This document shows, piece after piece, positions 29,892-43,176 of a stretch of DNA of 64,000 nt (position 1 is the stretch's first letter; the number at the start of each line of letters is the position of its first letter). This stretch comes from Dehalococcoidia bacterium (GTDB lineage: Bacteria > Chloroflexota > Dehalococcoidia > Plut-88900). The notes under the pieces were generated by a model. The model saw nothing but the letters and a program-made list of their open reading frames with translations. It was not told the DNA's origin and ran no database searches. The position numbers were made by a program, and so were the translations under genes. The stretch spans positions 128,001 to 192,000 of the forward strand of contig CBDFLQ010000005.1 in the NCBI GenBank assembly GCA_965249275.1, read 5' to 3'.

Positions 29892-30113
29892 CCCATACCC
29901 TCAAAATGCCCCATGCCCATCCTGGGGAAACACCGCAAAACAATCAAAGATCACGCCTGAGTCCGCACATCAATCAAACCTCCCCCTTCATGCCTGGCCT
30001 GTCGGCCCAATCAGGTCATCAATCTGCAGCGGCTGTTTCCGTTGTCCCTCCTGTCACACTGGGTTAGAATGCCGGAGCGCGATTCTACACAGTCCCATGC
30101 CCGGAGGTAGCCA

Positions 30114-30983
30114 TTGCCCTACGACACCCTGCTCTACGAAAAGACTGGTCAAATCGTCAAGGTGACCCTTAACCGGCCCGATGTCCTGAACGCCATCAGC
30201 GACGACATGGTAAAGGAGATACGACTGGCCATCGATGAGGCCGACGCCGATCCCGGAGTCCGCGTCGTCATCCTCACCGGTGCCGGGCGTTCCTTCTCCG
30301 CCGGCTATGACATCAAGCCCCGCGAGGACGGTCGCCCTGCAGCCGACCCACAGGGCTTTGAAATCGGCGACTACATCAAGCTCTGGTGGGACCGGGACGC
30401 CTACGATACAGACCAGTTCACCCATTTCTGGAAGCTGGGCGTGCCGGTCATCGCTTCCGTCAGGGGCTACTGCTTCGGGGGCGGGTTCTGGTACAGCATG
30501 GCCTGCGACATCACCATTGCCGCCGACAACGCCGTCTTCGGCCAACCCGAGGTCCGGCACATCTCCAATACATCATTCATGCTAGCCGCCCTTTCGAACT
30601 GGAAGCAGGCCCACCGCTGGGCCCTCACCGGAGACCACATGGGCGCCGAGGAGGCCCTCCGTATCGGTGTAGTCACACAGGTAGTCCCCGAGGCTGACTT
30701 GGAAGCCGTGACCTGGGCCCTCGCCGAACGCATAGCTCTGGTCCCCGAGGCCTCCGTCCGAGTCAACAAGGCAGTCACCTGGATGGGCATGGAGGCGATG
30801 GGACTCGGCGCTGCGATGCAGGTCAATGCGGCCCTCTCCAGCGTGGCACACAGCTCCCACGGCGGCCATCGAGAGGCTCTCTGGGACGCACAGTCCACCG
30901 GCGGCTTGAAAGGCTTCCTTGAGGCCCGTGACGGCCCCTTCCTCCCCGAGCCCTTCGGCCCCAAGTCAAGGAAGAAGAAATGA
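30114..30983 (+). CDS. Enoyl-CoA hydratase/isomerase family protein
   Basis: TLNRPDVLNA, GRSFSAGYD, PVIASVRGYCFGGG, FGQPE. Confidence 0.93.
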   Translation: MPYDTLLYEKTGQIVKVTLNRPDVLNAISDDMVKEIRLAIDEADADPGVRVVILTGAGRSFSAGYDIKPREDGRPAADPQGFEIGDYIKLWWDRDAYDTDQFTHFWKLGVPVIASVRGYCFGGGFWYSMACDITIAADNAVFGQPEVRHISNTSFMLAALSNWKQAHRWALTGDHMGAEEALRIGVVTQVVPEADLEAVTWALAERIALVPEASVRVNKAVTWMGMEAMGLGAAMQVNAALSSVAHSSHGGHREALWDAQSTGGLKGFLEARDGPFLPEPFGPKSRKKK

Positions 30984-32527
30984 CTGCTCCCACCCATGAC
31001 GCCATAGTCATCGGTGGGGGCCACAACGGCCTCACCTGCGCTGCATACCTTGCCCGCGCCGGCCTCCGCGTCCTCGTTCTCGAGCGCCGGGACATAGTTG
31101 GCGGCGCTTGCACCACCGAGGAGCTCATTCCCGGCTACCGGTTCCCCGCCTGCGCCTACCACTGCCACATGCTCCAGGCCAAGGTCATCGACGACCTGCA
31201 GCTCCGCAACTACGGCTTTGACGTCATCCCCCTCGACCCCGTCAGGTTCCTGCCCTACCCGGACGGCTCCTACATCAACCTCTGGCGGGACACGGACAGG
31301 ATGATCAGCGAGATCGCAGCGATCTCCCCCAAAGACGCCGAGGCCTATCCCGCCTGGAACCGGTTCTGGGAGAAGGCCGCAGGCCTGGTCCAGGACTATG
31401 TTCTCGCTCCGGCCCCCACTCTCGCCCAACTCTTTGACCGAGCGCGGGCCACGGGCGACGAAGACGTCCTGGAGACCATGCTTACTGTCAGCATGAAGGA
31501 CCTTGTTGAGGAACATTTCGAGTCGGAGCAGATACGCGGCGCGTTCATCGGCGCCGCCGAGACCGGAGACCCAGCCTCAGTCGGCTCTGCCTTCGCCATT
31601 GCATATTTCCACATCGACCGGTTTACAGACCCCAAGAACATGGGCCTGGCAAAGGGCAGTATGGGCGCCATCACCCAGGCCATGGCCAGATCAGCAGCCA
31701 ACTTTGGGGCCGAGGTCCGCACCGACTCCCCCGTCTCCCAAATCATCGTCCGGGATGGGCACGCCGTAGGCGTCGCCCTGGAGGACGGCGCCGAGTTCTA
31801 CGCCCCAACCATTGTCTCCAACGCCGACCCCAAGCGCACCTTCCTGGACCTGCTCGATCCCGACGACCTGGACTCCGACTTCCGGCGCAGGGTCAAGCGC
31901 CTCAAGACCCAATTCTCCAGCGTGAAGCTCCACTGCACGCTAACAGGTCTCCCCGACTTCAGCCGCCACCTGGGCCCGGGATTCGATCCCAAGATGTTGG
32001 CCATGATCAAGATTTGCCCTTCCGTCGAATACTTCGAGGCCAACCTCCAGGATGCCCTCGCCGGCCGCTTTACCAACAGCCCCCAGATGTACATCCAGAT
32101 ACCCTCCGTCTACGACGACTCCCTTGCCCCTCCAGGCCACTACGTCATGTCCATGTGGATGCAGCTCCAGCCGGTCACCCTTTCCAACGGTGACTGGGAC
32201 CACGCGCACCAGCAGATCTTCGATGTTCTCATGGATACCATGTCCGTCTACGCTCCTAACATCCGCGAAGTGGTCGACCAGTGGCAGGTGTTCACCCCGA
32301 TGGATATCGAGCGGAGGGTCGGCCTCACCGACGGGAACATCCGCCAGCTCGACACCATTCCGGGCCAGCTCTTCTCTCGCCGCCCGCTGCCCGGGTGGTC
32401 GGACTACAACACGCCCGTAGACGGCCTTTATCTATGCGGCGGTGGGACTCATCCCGGCGGAGAGGTCACAGGCGCTCCGGGCCACAACGCAGCCCACGCC
32501 ATCCTCAGCAACTTGGACCGCAGTTAA
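30980..32527 (+). CDS. Phytoene desaturase-like FAD oxidoreductase
   Basis: IGGGHNGL..AAYLARAG, ERRDIVGGA, VSNADP, GLYLCGGGTHPGGEVTGAPGHNAA. Confidence 0.92.
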   Translation: MTAPTHDAIVIGGGHNGLTCAAYLARAGLRVLVLERRDIVGGACTTEELIPGYRFPACAYHCHMLQAKVIDDLQLRNYGFDVIPLDPVRFLPYPDGSYINLWRDTDRMISEIAAISPKDAEAYPAWNRFWEKAAGLVQDYVLAPAPTLAQLFDRARATGDEDVLETMLTVSMKDLVEEHFESEQIRGAFIGAAETGDPASVGSAFAIAYFHIDRFTDPKNMGLAKGSMGAITQAMARSAANFGAEVRTDSPVSQIIVRDGHAVGVALEDGAEFYAPTIVSNADPKRTFLDLLDPDDLDSDFRRRVKRLKTQFSSVKLHCTLTGLPDFSRHLGPGFDPKMLAMIKICPSVEYFEANLQDALAGRFTNSPQMYIQIPSVYDDSLAPPGHYVMSMWMQLQPVTLSNGDWDHAHQQIFDVLMDTMSVYAPNIREVVDQWQVFTPMDIERRVGLTDGNIRQLDTIPGQLFSRRPLPGWSDYNTPVDGLYLCGGGTHPGGEVTGAPGHNAAHAILSNLDRS

Positions 32528-33450
32528 CTCCCCAGCCTCGTCCCAATAAACTCCGGGCGCCCGAGGATGAAGGCCTCTATCTCCATCCCCCGACTCCCCT
32601 CCGGTTGCACTTTTTTCAATGCAAGCTGACCCCGGCCCGTCTGCACCACCACCCCTCCCCTCCCCTTCATCACCATCCCTGGGTCACCCACTCCTCCCTC
32701 GAAGGGTTCTGCCTCCAACACCTTCAATCTCCGTCCCGTCCACGTGGTGAAGGACCCGGGCCAAGGGTCATAGGCCCGAATTATTCTGTCTATCTCCACC
32801 ACCGGCAGAGTCCAGTTGATCTCCCCGTCCCTCCGAGTCGCCTTCCGGCTAAAAGTGGCCAGCGAGTCGTCCTGCACGATTGGCTCGATCAAGCCCCGAA
32901 CCCAGCCCCTCAGCGTTTCCACCAAGAGTCGCGCCCCCATCTCAGCCAGCCTCTTGGTCAAATCCCCAGTAGTTTCCCGCGGCCCGATCTCTAGGCTTAC
33001 TGAGCGGAGAATCGGGCCCGAGTCCACCTTCGGCTCGACCTTCATTACCGTTACACCGGTCTCCTCGTCGCCCTCCAGAATCGCATTGGCCACCGGCGCC
33101 GGGCCTCGATGCCGCGGCAGCAGGGATGGATGGACGTTGAGGACACCATAGGTCGGCAGGTCCAGCGTCCATTTCGGGAGGATAAGACCATACGCGGCGA
33201 CGACAACTACGTCGGGCTTGAGAGACTCCATCTCCGCTCGCGCGTCCTGCGTGGAAAGAGTTTCCGGTTGGAATACGGACAGACCCCGAGCCTCAGCCAA
33301 AACCTTGACCGGTGACTTCCTCGTCTTCTTACCCCTGCCGGAGGGCCGGTCCGGTTGAGTGTAGACCCCCACCACGCGCAACCCACTCCCGGCCAGGTGC
33401 TCGAGGGTCGGGACACCAAACTCGGGTGTTCCCATGAACACACATCTCAG
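32524..33450 (-). CDS. fmt: Methionyl-tRNA formyltransferase (start CTG 33450 or GTG 33441)
   Basis: VFMGTPEF, TQPDRP, VAAYG, NVHPSLLP.HRG.AP. Confidence 0.96.
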   Translation of the reverse strand: MRCVFMGTPEFGVPTLEHLAGSGLRVVGVYTQPDRPSGRGKKTRKSPVKVLAEARGLSVFQPETLSTQDARAEMESLKPDVVVVAAYGLILPKWTLDLPTYGVLNVHPSLLPRHRGPAPVANAILEGDEETGVTVMKVEPKVDSGPILRSVSLEIGPRETTGDLTKRLAEMGARLLVETLRGWVRGLIEPIVQDDSLATFSRKATRRDGEINWTLPVVEIDRIIRAYDPWPGSFTTWTGRRLKVLEAEPFEGGVGDPGMVMKGRGGVVVQTGRGQLALKKVQPEGSRGMEIEAFILGRPEFIGTRLGS

Positions 33451-33863
33451 GTCTTGGAAGTCTTTAGGAACCTTGAATCGTCACCTCTTCTTTGCCGAGC
33501 TTTGGGCGCATTATAGGGTCTCGAAACGGGGCAGGCAAAGCATTCCATGTCGGTGGGTCAGCCCCACGAATAACCCACCAAAAGACGCGCAAAATTTGCC
33601 TTACTCATTCATTGACACGCCCATATTGGGGGTATGTTATCCTCTCTCTGTTGGTGGAGGACCAACTCTTTTGCCCCCCTTCCCCCGGCGGCGGACTCGG
33701 TTCAACCGATCCGATTGGAGTAAGGGATTGCAGATGGATTCTTAGGCCCGGAGTTCCAGGCCTGTGCCTGAATACTGTGCCTCCCCCACCCCGGCTCGAG
33801 AAGAGTCATACCTTTGCCGTATCTCTTCGCGCCCAAAATAAGACTGGTTATCATCTGGCGGTA

Positions 33864-35249
33864 ATGGAAGAAAATAACGCAAAAGACGTTTGGCGCGCAG
33901 CCCTTGGAGAGCTGGAGCTTCAGGTAACCCGACCCTATTTCGACACGTACCTTAAGGGCACCGTGGGGGTCTCGTCGGGCGAGGGCCGATTCACCGTGGG
34001 AGCGCCAAACGCCTTTGTCACGGAGTGGCTGCGCCTCAAGATGAGGCCCCGCATCGAGGAAACCATCCGAGGCCTAACAGGCATACCACTCATCGTCGAG
34101 TTCCTCGTATCCTCCCCACCGGGCCTCTCTCCCCAGACCTTCACCCCTTCCTCCGCGGTCACAGGCGGGCATGACGACGATGCGGACACGGCGGGAGCCT
34201 ACACTCCTCCTGCAGGACACAAGTCCGCCCCTCTCAACCGAAACTATACCTTCACCTCCATGGTGGTCGCCCGATTCAACAGGGTCGCCCACGCTGCGGC
34301 CCAGGCCGTCGCAGAGAACACCGATTACCCGTTTAATCCACTCTTCATCTACGGAGACGTTGGCCTTGGCAAGACCCATCTTCTCCATGCCATCGGCCAC
34401 AACGCCAGGTCTCGGAATCGGGACATGCTTTACGTCGGGGCGGAGCAGTTCACCACCGACTACGCCGAGGCGGCTCGAGAGCGAGACTTCGGCAACTTCC
34501 GGCGGAAGTACCGGGAAGTCGACTTGCTGATGGTGGACGACATTCAGTTCATCGGGGGCAAACGGCAGACCCAGGAGGGATTCTTCCACGTGTTCAACGA
34601 CCTCCACGGCTCCAACCGGCAACTGGTGTTCGCCGGGGACAGGCACCCGAGGGATATCGAAGCCCTTGACCCCAGGCTCGTGTCCCGGTTCGAAGGAGGC
34701 CTCCTGGCGGACATCACAGCCCCAAGCCTCGATACCCGGGTGGCAATCCTCAGACTGAAGTGCTCATCCATGAGCGTCGATGTCCCGGGTTCGATCCTGG
34801 ACATGATAGCCCGCATGGTCGATGGAAGCGTCAGGCAACTCGAGGGGGCTCTCAACCGGGTGCTCGCCTTAGCAAAGGCGGAATCCAAGCCCGTCACCCT
34901 GGCTTTGGCCAGCGAGGCACTTCTCAAAGGCGCCGAGCTGAGCCCAGCCAGCACATCCTCCGACGCTATCATAGAGTTCACTGCCACCCACTTCGGCCTC
35001 TCCATAGACGAGATCACCGGCAAGCGCAGGCTGAAACGCTACGTGCAAGCCAGGGACATCGCGATGTATCTCCTCCGAGAGGAGCTCCACCTGACCCCGA
35101 TGAGGATCGGGGCGCTATTCGGCGACAGGACCCCCACCGGCGTAAGCGCCGCATGCCGCAAGATTTCAGAACGAGCGCTAGCTAGCAAGTCCATTAGGTT
35201 GGACTTAGCGCGAATAAGAGACACCTTATTCAGCAACTCTCGCGTCTAA
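33864..35249 (+). CDS. dnaA: Chromosomal replication initiator
   Basis: FNPLFIYGDVGLGKTHLL, DLLMVDDIQF, TQEGFFHVFN, RLVSRFEGGL, VRQLEGAL, ARDIAMYL. Confidence 0.97.
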   Translation: MEENNAKDVWRAALGELELQVTRPYFDTYLKGTVGVSSGEGRFTVGAPNAFVTEWLRLKMRPRIEETIRGLTGIPLIVEFLVSSPPGLSPQTFTPSSAVTGGHDDDADTAGAYTPPAGHKSAPLNRNYTFTSMVVARFNRVAHAAAQAVAENTDYPFNPLFIYGDVGLGKTHLLHAIGHNARSRNRDMLYVGAEQFTTDYAEAARERDFGNFRRKYREVDLLMVDDIQFIGGKRQTQEGFFHVFNDLHGSNRQLVFAGDRHPRDIEALDPRLVSRFEGGLLADITAPSLDTRVAILRLKCSSMSVDVPGSILDMIARMVDGSVRQLEGALNRVLALAKAESKPVTLALASEALLKGAELSPASTSSDAIIEFTATHFGLSIDEITGKRRLKRYVQARDIAMYLLREELHLTPMRIGALFGDRTPTGVSAACRKISERALASKSIRLDLARIRDTLFSNSRV

Positions 35250-35650
35250 CTCGCCTAGCCTCGGGCCTAACCCACCCAGTTTCTATCCCAACCATGTCCC
35301 TCTGGGTTTACTTATTCATCCCCGGAATTCCCGCCACGTAACTTACTTTAATCCACAACCTGCCTTGCCGACATAGCTCGGATATAATATGTGTATTCCA
35401 ATCACTAGATCAGGTATTGGATAAACAAAAGTACGGGACCGCGTCATAAGACAAGCCTAACAGTCAAACAACTCTCGGCCCATGTTCCATTTCACTACTG
35501 ACTTTGCATGGAATAACCTTTCAGGGCAGTAAACCCAGACTACTCCTACTACTCTTGTTACATATATTCATCAATATACTCTATACAAATAAACTCACAC
35601 TGGAATAAGAATAAAGACCCGAAGTATGTCTTTAGAAATAGGTCACAGGA
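35250..35650. other. oriC: Probable replication origin (oriC)
   Basis: AT-rich 400-bp gap after dnaA; imperfect DnaA-box-like motifs (TAATCCACA 35349, TTGGATAA 35417, TGGAATAA 35509 and 35601); DnaA-trio-like CTA repeats 35540-35554. Confidence 0.7.
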
Positions 35651-36894
35651 ATGCTCGTTGACAACGTGTCGGTTGTGTTATCCGGAGGTCGAGGTGGGAG
35701 AGGGGCGGTCACCTTTAGGAAGGAGAAATTCGTTCCTTTCGGGGGGCCGGATGGCGGAGGTGGCGGCCAGGGCGGATCTGTCCTCCTACACCCGACATAC
35801 GAGGTTCGTTCTCTGTCCCACCTGGTTACCTCGCCTAAGCTTGCAGCTCATGATGGATGGGATGGCCGTCGGTCTAAAAAAATAGGAAGAGCAGGCGCTG
35901 ATCTCGTGGTCTTGGTACCTGTAGGTACCGTTGCAGAGGTAATGGGTGAGGGGGCGGGCTTTACCTTGGATATGACGTGTGCCGATGAGAAGCACATCGT
36001 TTGCAGCGGCGGGGGTGGAGGAAGAGGGAACCGCACATATGCTACCTCTACCATGAAAGTGCCTCGGATGGCGGAGGTTGGGGAGCCGGGAGAGACACGA
36101 GAGGTACGCCTGACATTTAAGATGCTGTGCGACGTGGCTATTATTGGAGATCCCAATGCCGGTAAGTCGTTGTTGCTGAACAAGATGACCGCGGCGGGAG
36201 CAAAAGTGGCCGACTACTGGATGACAACCGTCGACCCCATTGTCGGTGTGATGGAGACTGACTGGACCCAGTACCGGCTCCTTGAAGTGCCTTCGGTGTG
36301 GTCGACTTCCAGCTCGGGGGATGGTGCTCTGAAACACGCACACAGAGCCTCGCTGGTTGCACTGGTATTGGACGCCACTGAGGAATCCCTGGCCGATTCC
36401 TACCGCCGGGTAACCGACGCGCTGGCTGCGAAGGACGAGTACGTGCACGGGAAGCCGAGGCTGGTAGTTGTGAACAAGGTAGACCTTGCTGACAATGAGC
36501 TCAATGAGGCCTCTGAGAGCACAGATGAATTTCCCGGGGCTGTAGCAGTGTGCTACGTATCAGCGGCCACTGGTGAAGGAATCCCTGAGCTGATGAGGCG
36601 CCTGGTGGAATTGGTGAAAGCGACCGGAATGGAATCCTCGTCACAAGGTTCAGCTGAGGTGCCGGTGCTCAGGCCCAAGCCCAAGGGTCGGCGTATCTCC
36701 GTGGTCAAGGATGCCGAGACCTACGTAGTCCACGCCGGAGAGCTCGAGAGGCTGGTCAGGGGCACCGACATATCCGACTGGGAGGCCCGCATGCAGCTCA
36801 TGTCGCTGTTGGAAAGGGCAGGCGTGCACCAAGCCCTGCAGAAGGCTGGTGTTGTGGAAGGGGATACAGTAAGGATCGGTGGGTCGGATATGGA

Positions 36895-36904
<10 letters not shown>
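35651..36904 (+). CDS. obgE: Obg family GTPase (divergent)
   Basis: GGRGGRG..FRKEKFVPFGGPDGG, GDPNAGKS, NKVD, VSA, C-terminal GV..AL..AG..EGDTVRIG. Confidence 0.93.
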
Positions 36905-39962
<3,058 letters not shown>

Positions 39963-40191
39963 CTACCTGGGACTGGCCGTCTGGCAGTCGAGAGTTGGGC
40001 CTTCGACCGGTCACGGAACCGTGGGCAAAATAAGTACAAGTACAAAACCTCGACCAAAATAATTGTACCACAATGCCCTGTTTTTAGCTACCGTTTGTGC
40101 CTGTCAAAAAATGGTGGAAACACGGGGGCACGCGGCCCGGTAGATCGGGCTGTCGGATTGTCATGTTTTGAGGGCTTTTTGATTGTTACAA

Positions 40192-41070
40192 TCAAAAGCT
40201 CGTGCCTGTTTGATTGATCTGGGAAGAAAGCCCGGCGCATCCTCGCTCGACCCTTCGACTGGGCTCCCGCCTCGGTGGATCTGCGACGGGATGAGCGACC
40301 CATCCCCAAGGAGGGGAATGCCCCGCTCCAGATTCCTTGAGGAGCCTCGGAATGACAAGGGAGCGGGGTGACGGCGTTGATTCAATTTGGGGTTTGGTTT
40401 GTTGGGGGTGGAGGTGGGAGGCGATGGAAGGTCCGAGACTCTTAAACAGGAAGACTACGACACCTGCGGCGGCCCCAGGGATCCGCCCCAGCGGATCTTC
40501 CAGGCCGGCGGCTATCCTGCGGCATCCCCACACATGTCTGAGGAGACGTGCCAAGTTCGAGGGAGTCTCTGTGTGGGGTCTATCCGTCCGGCAGCAGCGC
40601 TCGACTGAGCTGGGGGACGGGACATCGACTCTGTGCCGCGGTGCACCGAAGGGGAAACTCCGGTGGGAGCGGTGGTTGGAGTCGCATAAGGGCACTATGG
40701 CCGAAGAAGGCATGATGGCCCTAGAGGGCATGATAGCCCTAATGGGCACGATGGCCCGAGGAGGCGCTATGGCCTTAGGGGGCATAATAGCCCCAGGGAG
40801 CACGATGGCCCCAGGGAGCAGCGTGACGCTGAGCTCCAGAGCGTGGCCTGAGGAGGCGACGCCAAAACGCCCTGATGAGGGGGCGGTATATCGGCAAAGG
40901 CCCTTTGAGAGGGTGTGCCGCAAAAAGCCGATGGACCTTCCATCGCTTGGTAGGGGGTATCCGAGGGACACGATGGAGGAATGAGGACTTGGGAGGAGGC
41001 GCGTGCCGGTTGCCGTGCGGTCCCATACCGCTCGGGTGTGACGAGGCCTATGGAGGCTGGTGCGACTCAT
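40192..41070 (-). CDS. Hypothetical protein with hexapeptide repeats, paralog of 29046..29891
   Basis: AGGAG RBS + ATG; shared N-terminus MSRxSLHRPR..RAVWDR.ATGTRLLP.PHS; synonymous variation between repeat units. Confidence 0.6.
   Translation of the reverse strand: MSRTSLHRPRHTRAVWDRTATGTRLLPSPHSSIVSLGYPLPSDGRSIGFLRHTLSKGLCRYTAPSSGRFGVASSGHALELSVTLLPGAIVLPGAIMPPKAIAPPRAIVPIRAIMPSRAIMPSSAIVPLCDSNHRSHRSFPFGAPRHRVDVPSPSSVERCCRTDRPHTETPSNLARLLRHVWGCRRIAAGLEDPLGRIPGAAAGVVVFLFKSLGPSIASHLHPQQTKPQIESTPSPRSLVIPRLLKESGAGHSPPWGWVAHPVADPPRREPSRRVERGCAGLSSQINQTGTSF
40245..40362. repeat. REP-like cluster
   Basis: CCCTTCGACTGGGCTC..GATGAGCG and AGATTCCTTGAGGAGCCTCGGAATGAC, inverted relatives of the 26.8-27.4 kb modules. 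Confidence 0.7.
40690..40815 (-). repeat. Seven degenerate 18-bp tandem repeats encoding xAI(V/M/A)(P/L)x
   Basis: Units such as GGGCATGATAGCCCTAAT and AGGCATGATGGCCCTAGA. Confidence 0.85.
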
Positions 41071-41129
41071 GGGACTCCTATGTCCTTTCCCTTGATTAGG
41101 CTCGACGTCGGTTGTCGGGCCTGGGGGGT

Positions 41130-41159
41130 AATATAGTACAGGTGTTCACATCGAGTCAA
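41130..41159 (-). promoter_or_regulatory. Sigma70-type promoter with LexA-box-like GAAC-N4-GTAC in the spacer
   Basis: TTGACT-18-TATATT on the minus strand; site at 41136-41147. Confidence 0.65.
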
Positions 41160-41261
41160 GGGGGTGGCGTCACTGGCCTGAGGCGAGTCTTCGATCCCAT
41201 CCCCCCGGGAATAAATGGAGGGGCGCCTAATGGACAGGCTCAGACCACTGACTCGACCTGC

Positions 41262-41366
41262 CTACATTTGAACAAAGGCCAAAATCAGATATACGACTAG
41301 GAACAAGCCCAGGCCCAACCCGAGGATAGCGAGCCCATACACCATCTTGTGCAGCCAGCTACGCAT
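41262..41366 (-). CDS. Possible 34-aa single-TM peptide MRSWLHKMVYGLAILGLGLGLFLVVYLILAFVQM
   Basis: Read manually; strongly hydrophobic; no clear RBS. Confidence 0.35.
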   Translation of the reverse strand: MRSWLHKMVYGLAILGLGLGLFLVVYLILAFVQM

Positions 41367-41776
41367 GGGCATCAACTATCGTTATCGGGAAAATGAACAT
41401 CTCTTTGCGGAAAGCTCCTTGAGTAGATTCAAGGCCGCAAGACAGATGATGAACAGTGCAAGCGGACCGTACCAGTGGACGTGCAGAATGAATAGAGGGT
41501 GCACATAGGGCAACCCGAGGTAGGCAAGGCCGAACAAGAGGCCAAGCCAACCCCATGACCTGCCACAGCTTCACCGCATCAGCACTCAACTGCCCTGATT
41601 CTGCCCGCTCTTAAACTACGGCTGTAGTGCTAGTGATGCAGCCGCACTAGCACCGGTTTGGCTCTCCCGGTCTCAAATTCGGCACAGTTTCGTTAGTATT
41701 TGAGACGTTGGTCCTGGCCGGACGTTGCGATTTCAGGACCATCCGACAGCACAAGCGACCACCCGGGGCTCTAGCG

Positions 41777-42691
41777 CTACGCTGAGAGCGCTGCGGCGAC
41801 GCCCTCTATTTTCCCCGGCCCTGATGTAGTCAGCTCACTGACCGCTTTGACAATGTTCGGGTGCTGCAATCCAGATACGAGGAAGGTCCACCGACACGCC
41901 CGCTGCGTATTCGTCGTGATCTCCTCCTTCTCGGCAGCCGTGAACGTCCGTCCCGTCACCCTCTCAAGAGCTTCTACGTTCAGCCCAATCTGCTGTGCCA
42001 GGAGCCCGTCGATCGCCCCACCAAGCTCCAGAACCTCATCGATTGCACTCTCCCGCTCTTCAAGGGTCAGGTGCTCGGCTACTTCACTGATCAGCAACGT
42101 GTCCAGCTTGGCGTGCTGCGCCTCTTCAATCCAATGAAACCTCAGGAGATCCCGGACCAGCCCATCGAGGTCCGAGTCGTCGCGCACATGCTCTATGTAG
42201 TGGAGCTGGGTGAACCATTCGATAATCGCGGTCAATAGCATGACGGCCAGCTTTGACTTGCTCCGAACTACTTTCGCCACCTCTTCCCGGCCAGGGATTA
42301 AGCCGCACTCACTGCCGAAACCCCGGCCGAAGAGTTCAACCGATCTCCGAAACAGCTCCTGATGCTTGAGTTCTTCCTCAGCGAACCGCAATAACGAGCG
42401 GGCCCTGACTTCATCCCCATAGACATCATTCATAGCCTCTTCCGTGACGGTGGGGATTATGAACTCCTCCACGAACGCGAAGATGTGGCAGTAGGCGTTG
42501 CCCATAATCTGATTCAGCTGACGCCTCTCGTTGTCGTTCAAACATCCGATCTCGTCTACACCGGTCAGCCTGTTGGGCAGAAAGCGTTTCGAGAAGTCGA
42601 AATTCTTGTCGGCCAGGACATCGTCTTCCAACCAGGAGACCCTCTTCGAGATGTCAAGACACTCTTGGTACGTGTAGTTGTGTGAAAGCAT
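41777..42691 (-). CDS. Ferritin-like diiron oxygenase (AurF-like)
   Basis: FVEEFI, EELKH, IEW, EEAQH diiron ligand motifs; AAGGAGGAG RBS. Confidence 0.8.
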   Translation of the reverse strand: MLSHNYTYQECLDISKRVSWLEDDVLADKNFDFSKRFLPNRLTGVDEIGCLNDNERRQLNQIMGNAYCHIFAFVEEFIIPTVTEEAMNDVYGDEVRARSLLRFAEEELKHQELFRRSVELFGRGFGSECGLIPGREEVAKVVRSKSKLAVMLLTAIIEWFTQLHYIEHVRDDSDLDGLVRDLLRFHWIEEAQHAKLDTLLISEVAEHLTLEERESAIDEVLELGGAIDGLLAQQIGLNVEALERVTGRTFTAAEKEEITTNTQRACRWTFLVSGLQHPNIVKAVSELTTSGPGKIEGVAAALSA

Positions 42692-43176
42692 GGGCTACTC
42701 CTCCTTGCACTTGGCCTTTTGCTGCGATTCTCCATACTCAGCTTACTGGATCCAACACCAACACAATAACATAGGTGACATACATAGGACTTTCACTCAC
42801 GAATGCAGGCAAACTTTCTATCATGCCCGCAGATCCATCCGGGGAGCGGTCTGAGCCGGGTGACTGGTGGGCCACTCGGCCCGTACATTCGAAGTCCGCG
42901 CGTACGGCCTTCCTGCCGTCGCTTCGACAAGTGGCCGATATGGAAGGTCCTTATCTGGACCAACCCCGTCTTCATCGCAATCTTCCGCCGATGGAAGAAG
43001 TTCTGGTGCGGCTGGTACTCGCGTGCGGTGAGATAGGGCGCAGGTGGTTGGGTGGGCATGGGTTTAGGCAGACGGCGGGGCTCGGACTAAATCAGGGGAG
43101 AGGGGTGGGGTGGATGTGGAGAGAGGGCGTGGCAAAGGGAATCTATAGATGGAGGGGGTGGGAGTGCTAGGCTACG

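Noticed and set aside
33492-33863. 124-aa N-terminal extension of DnaA
   Set aside because: Not protein-like and overlaps the divergent promoter region; domain I begins at ATG 33864.
42775-43170. Overlapping short ORFs on both strands
   Set aside because: No recognisable motifs or convincing RBS; possibly a decayed gene, but not supportable.
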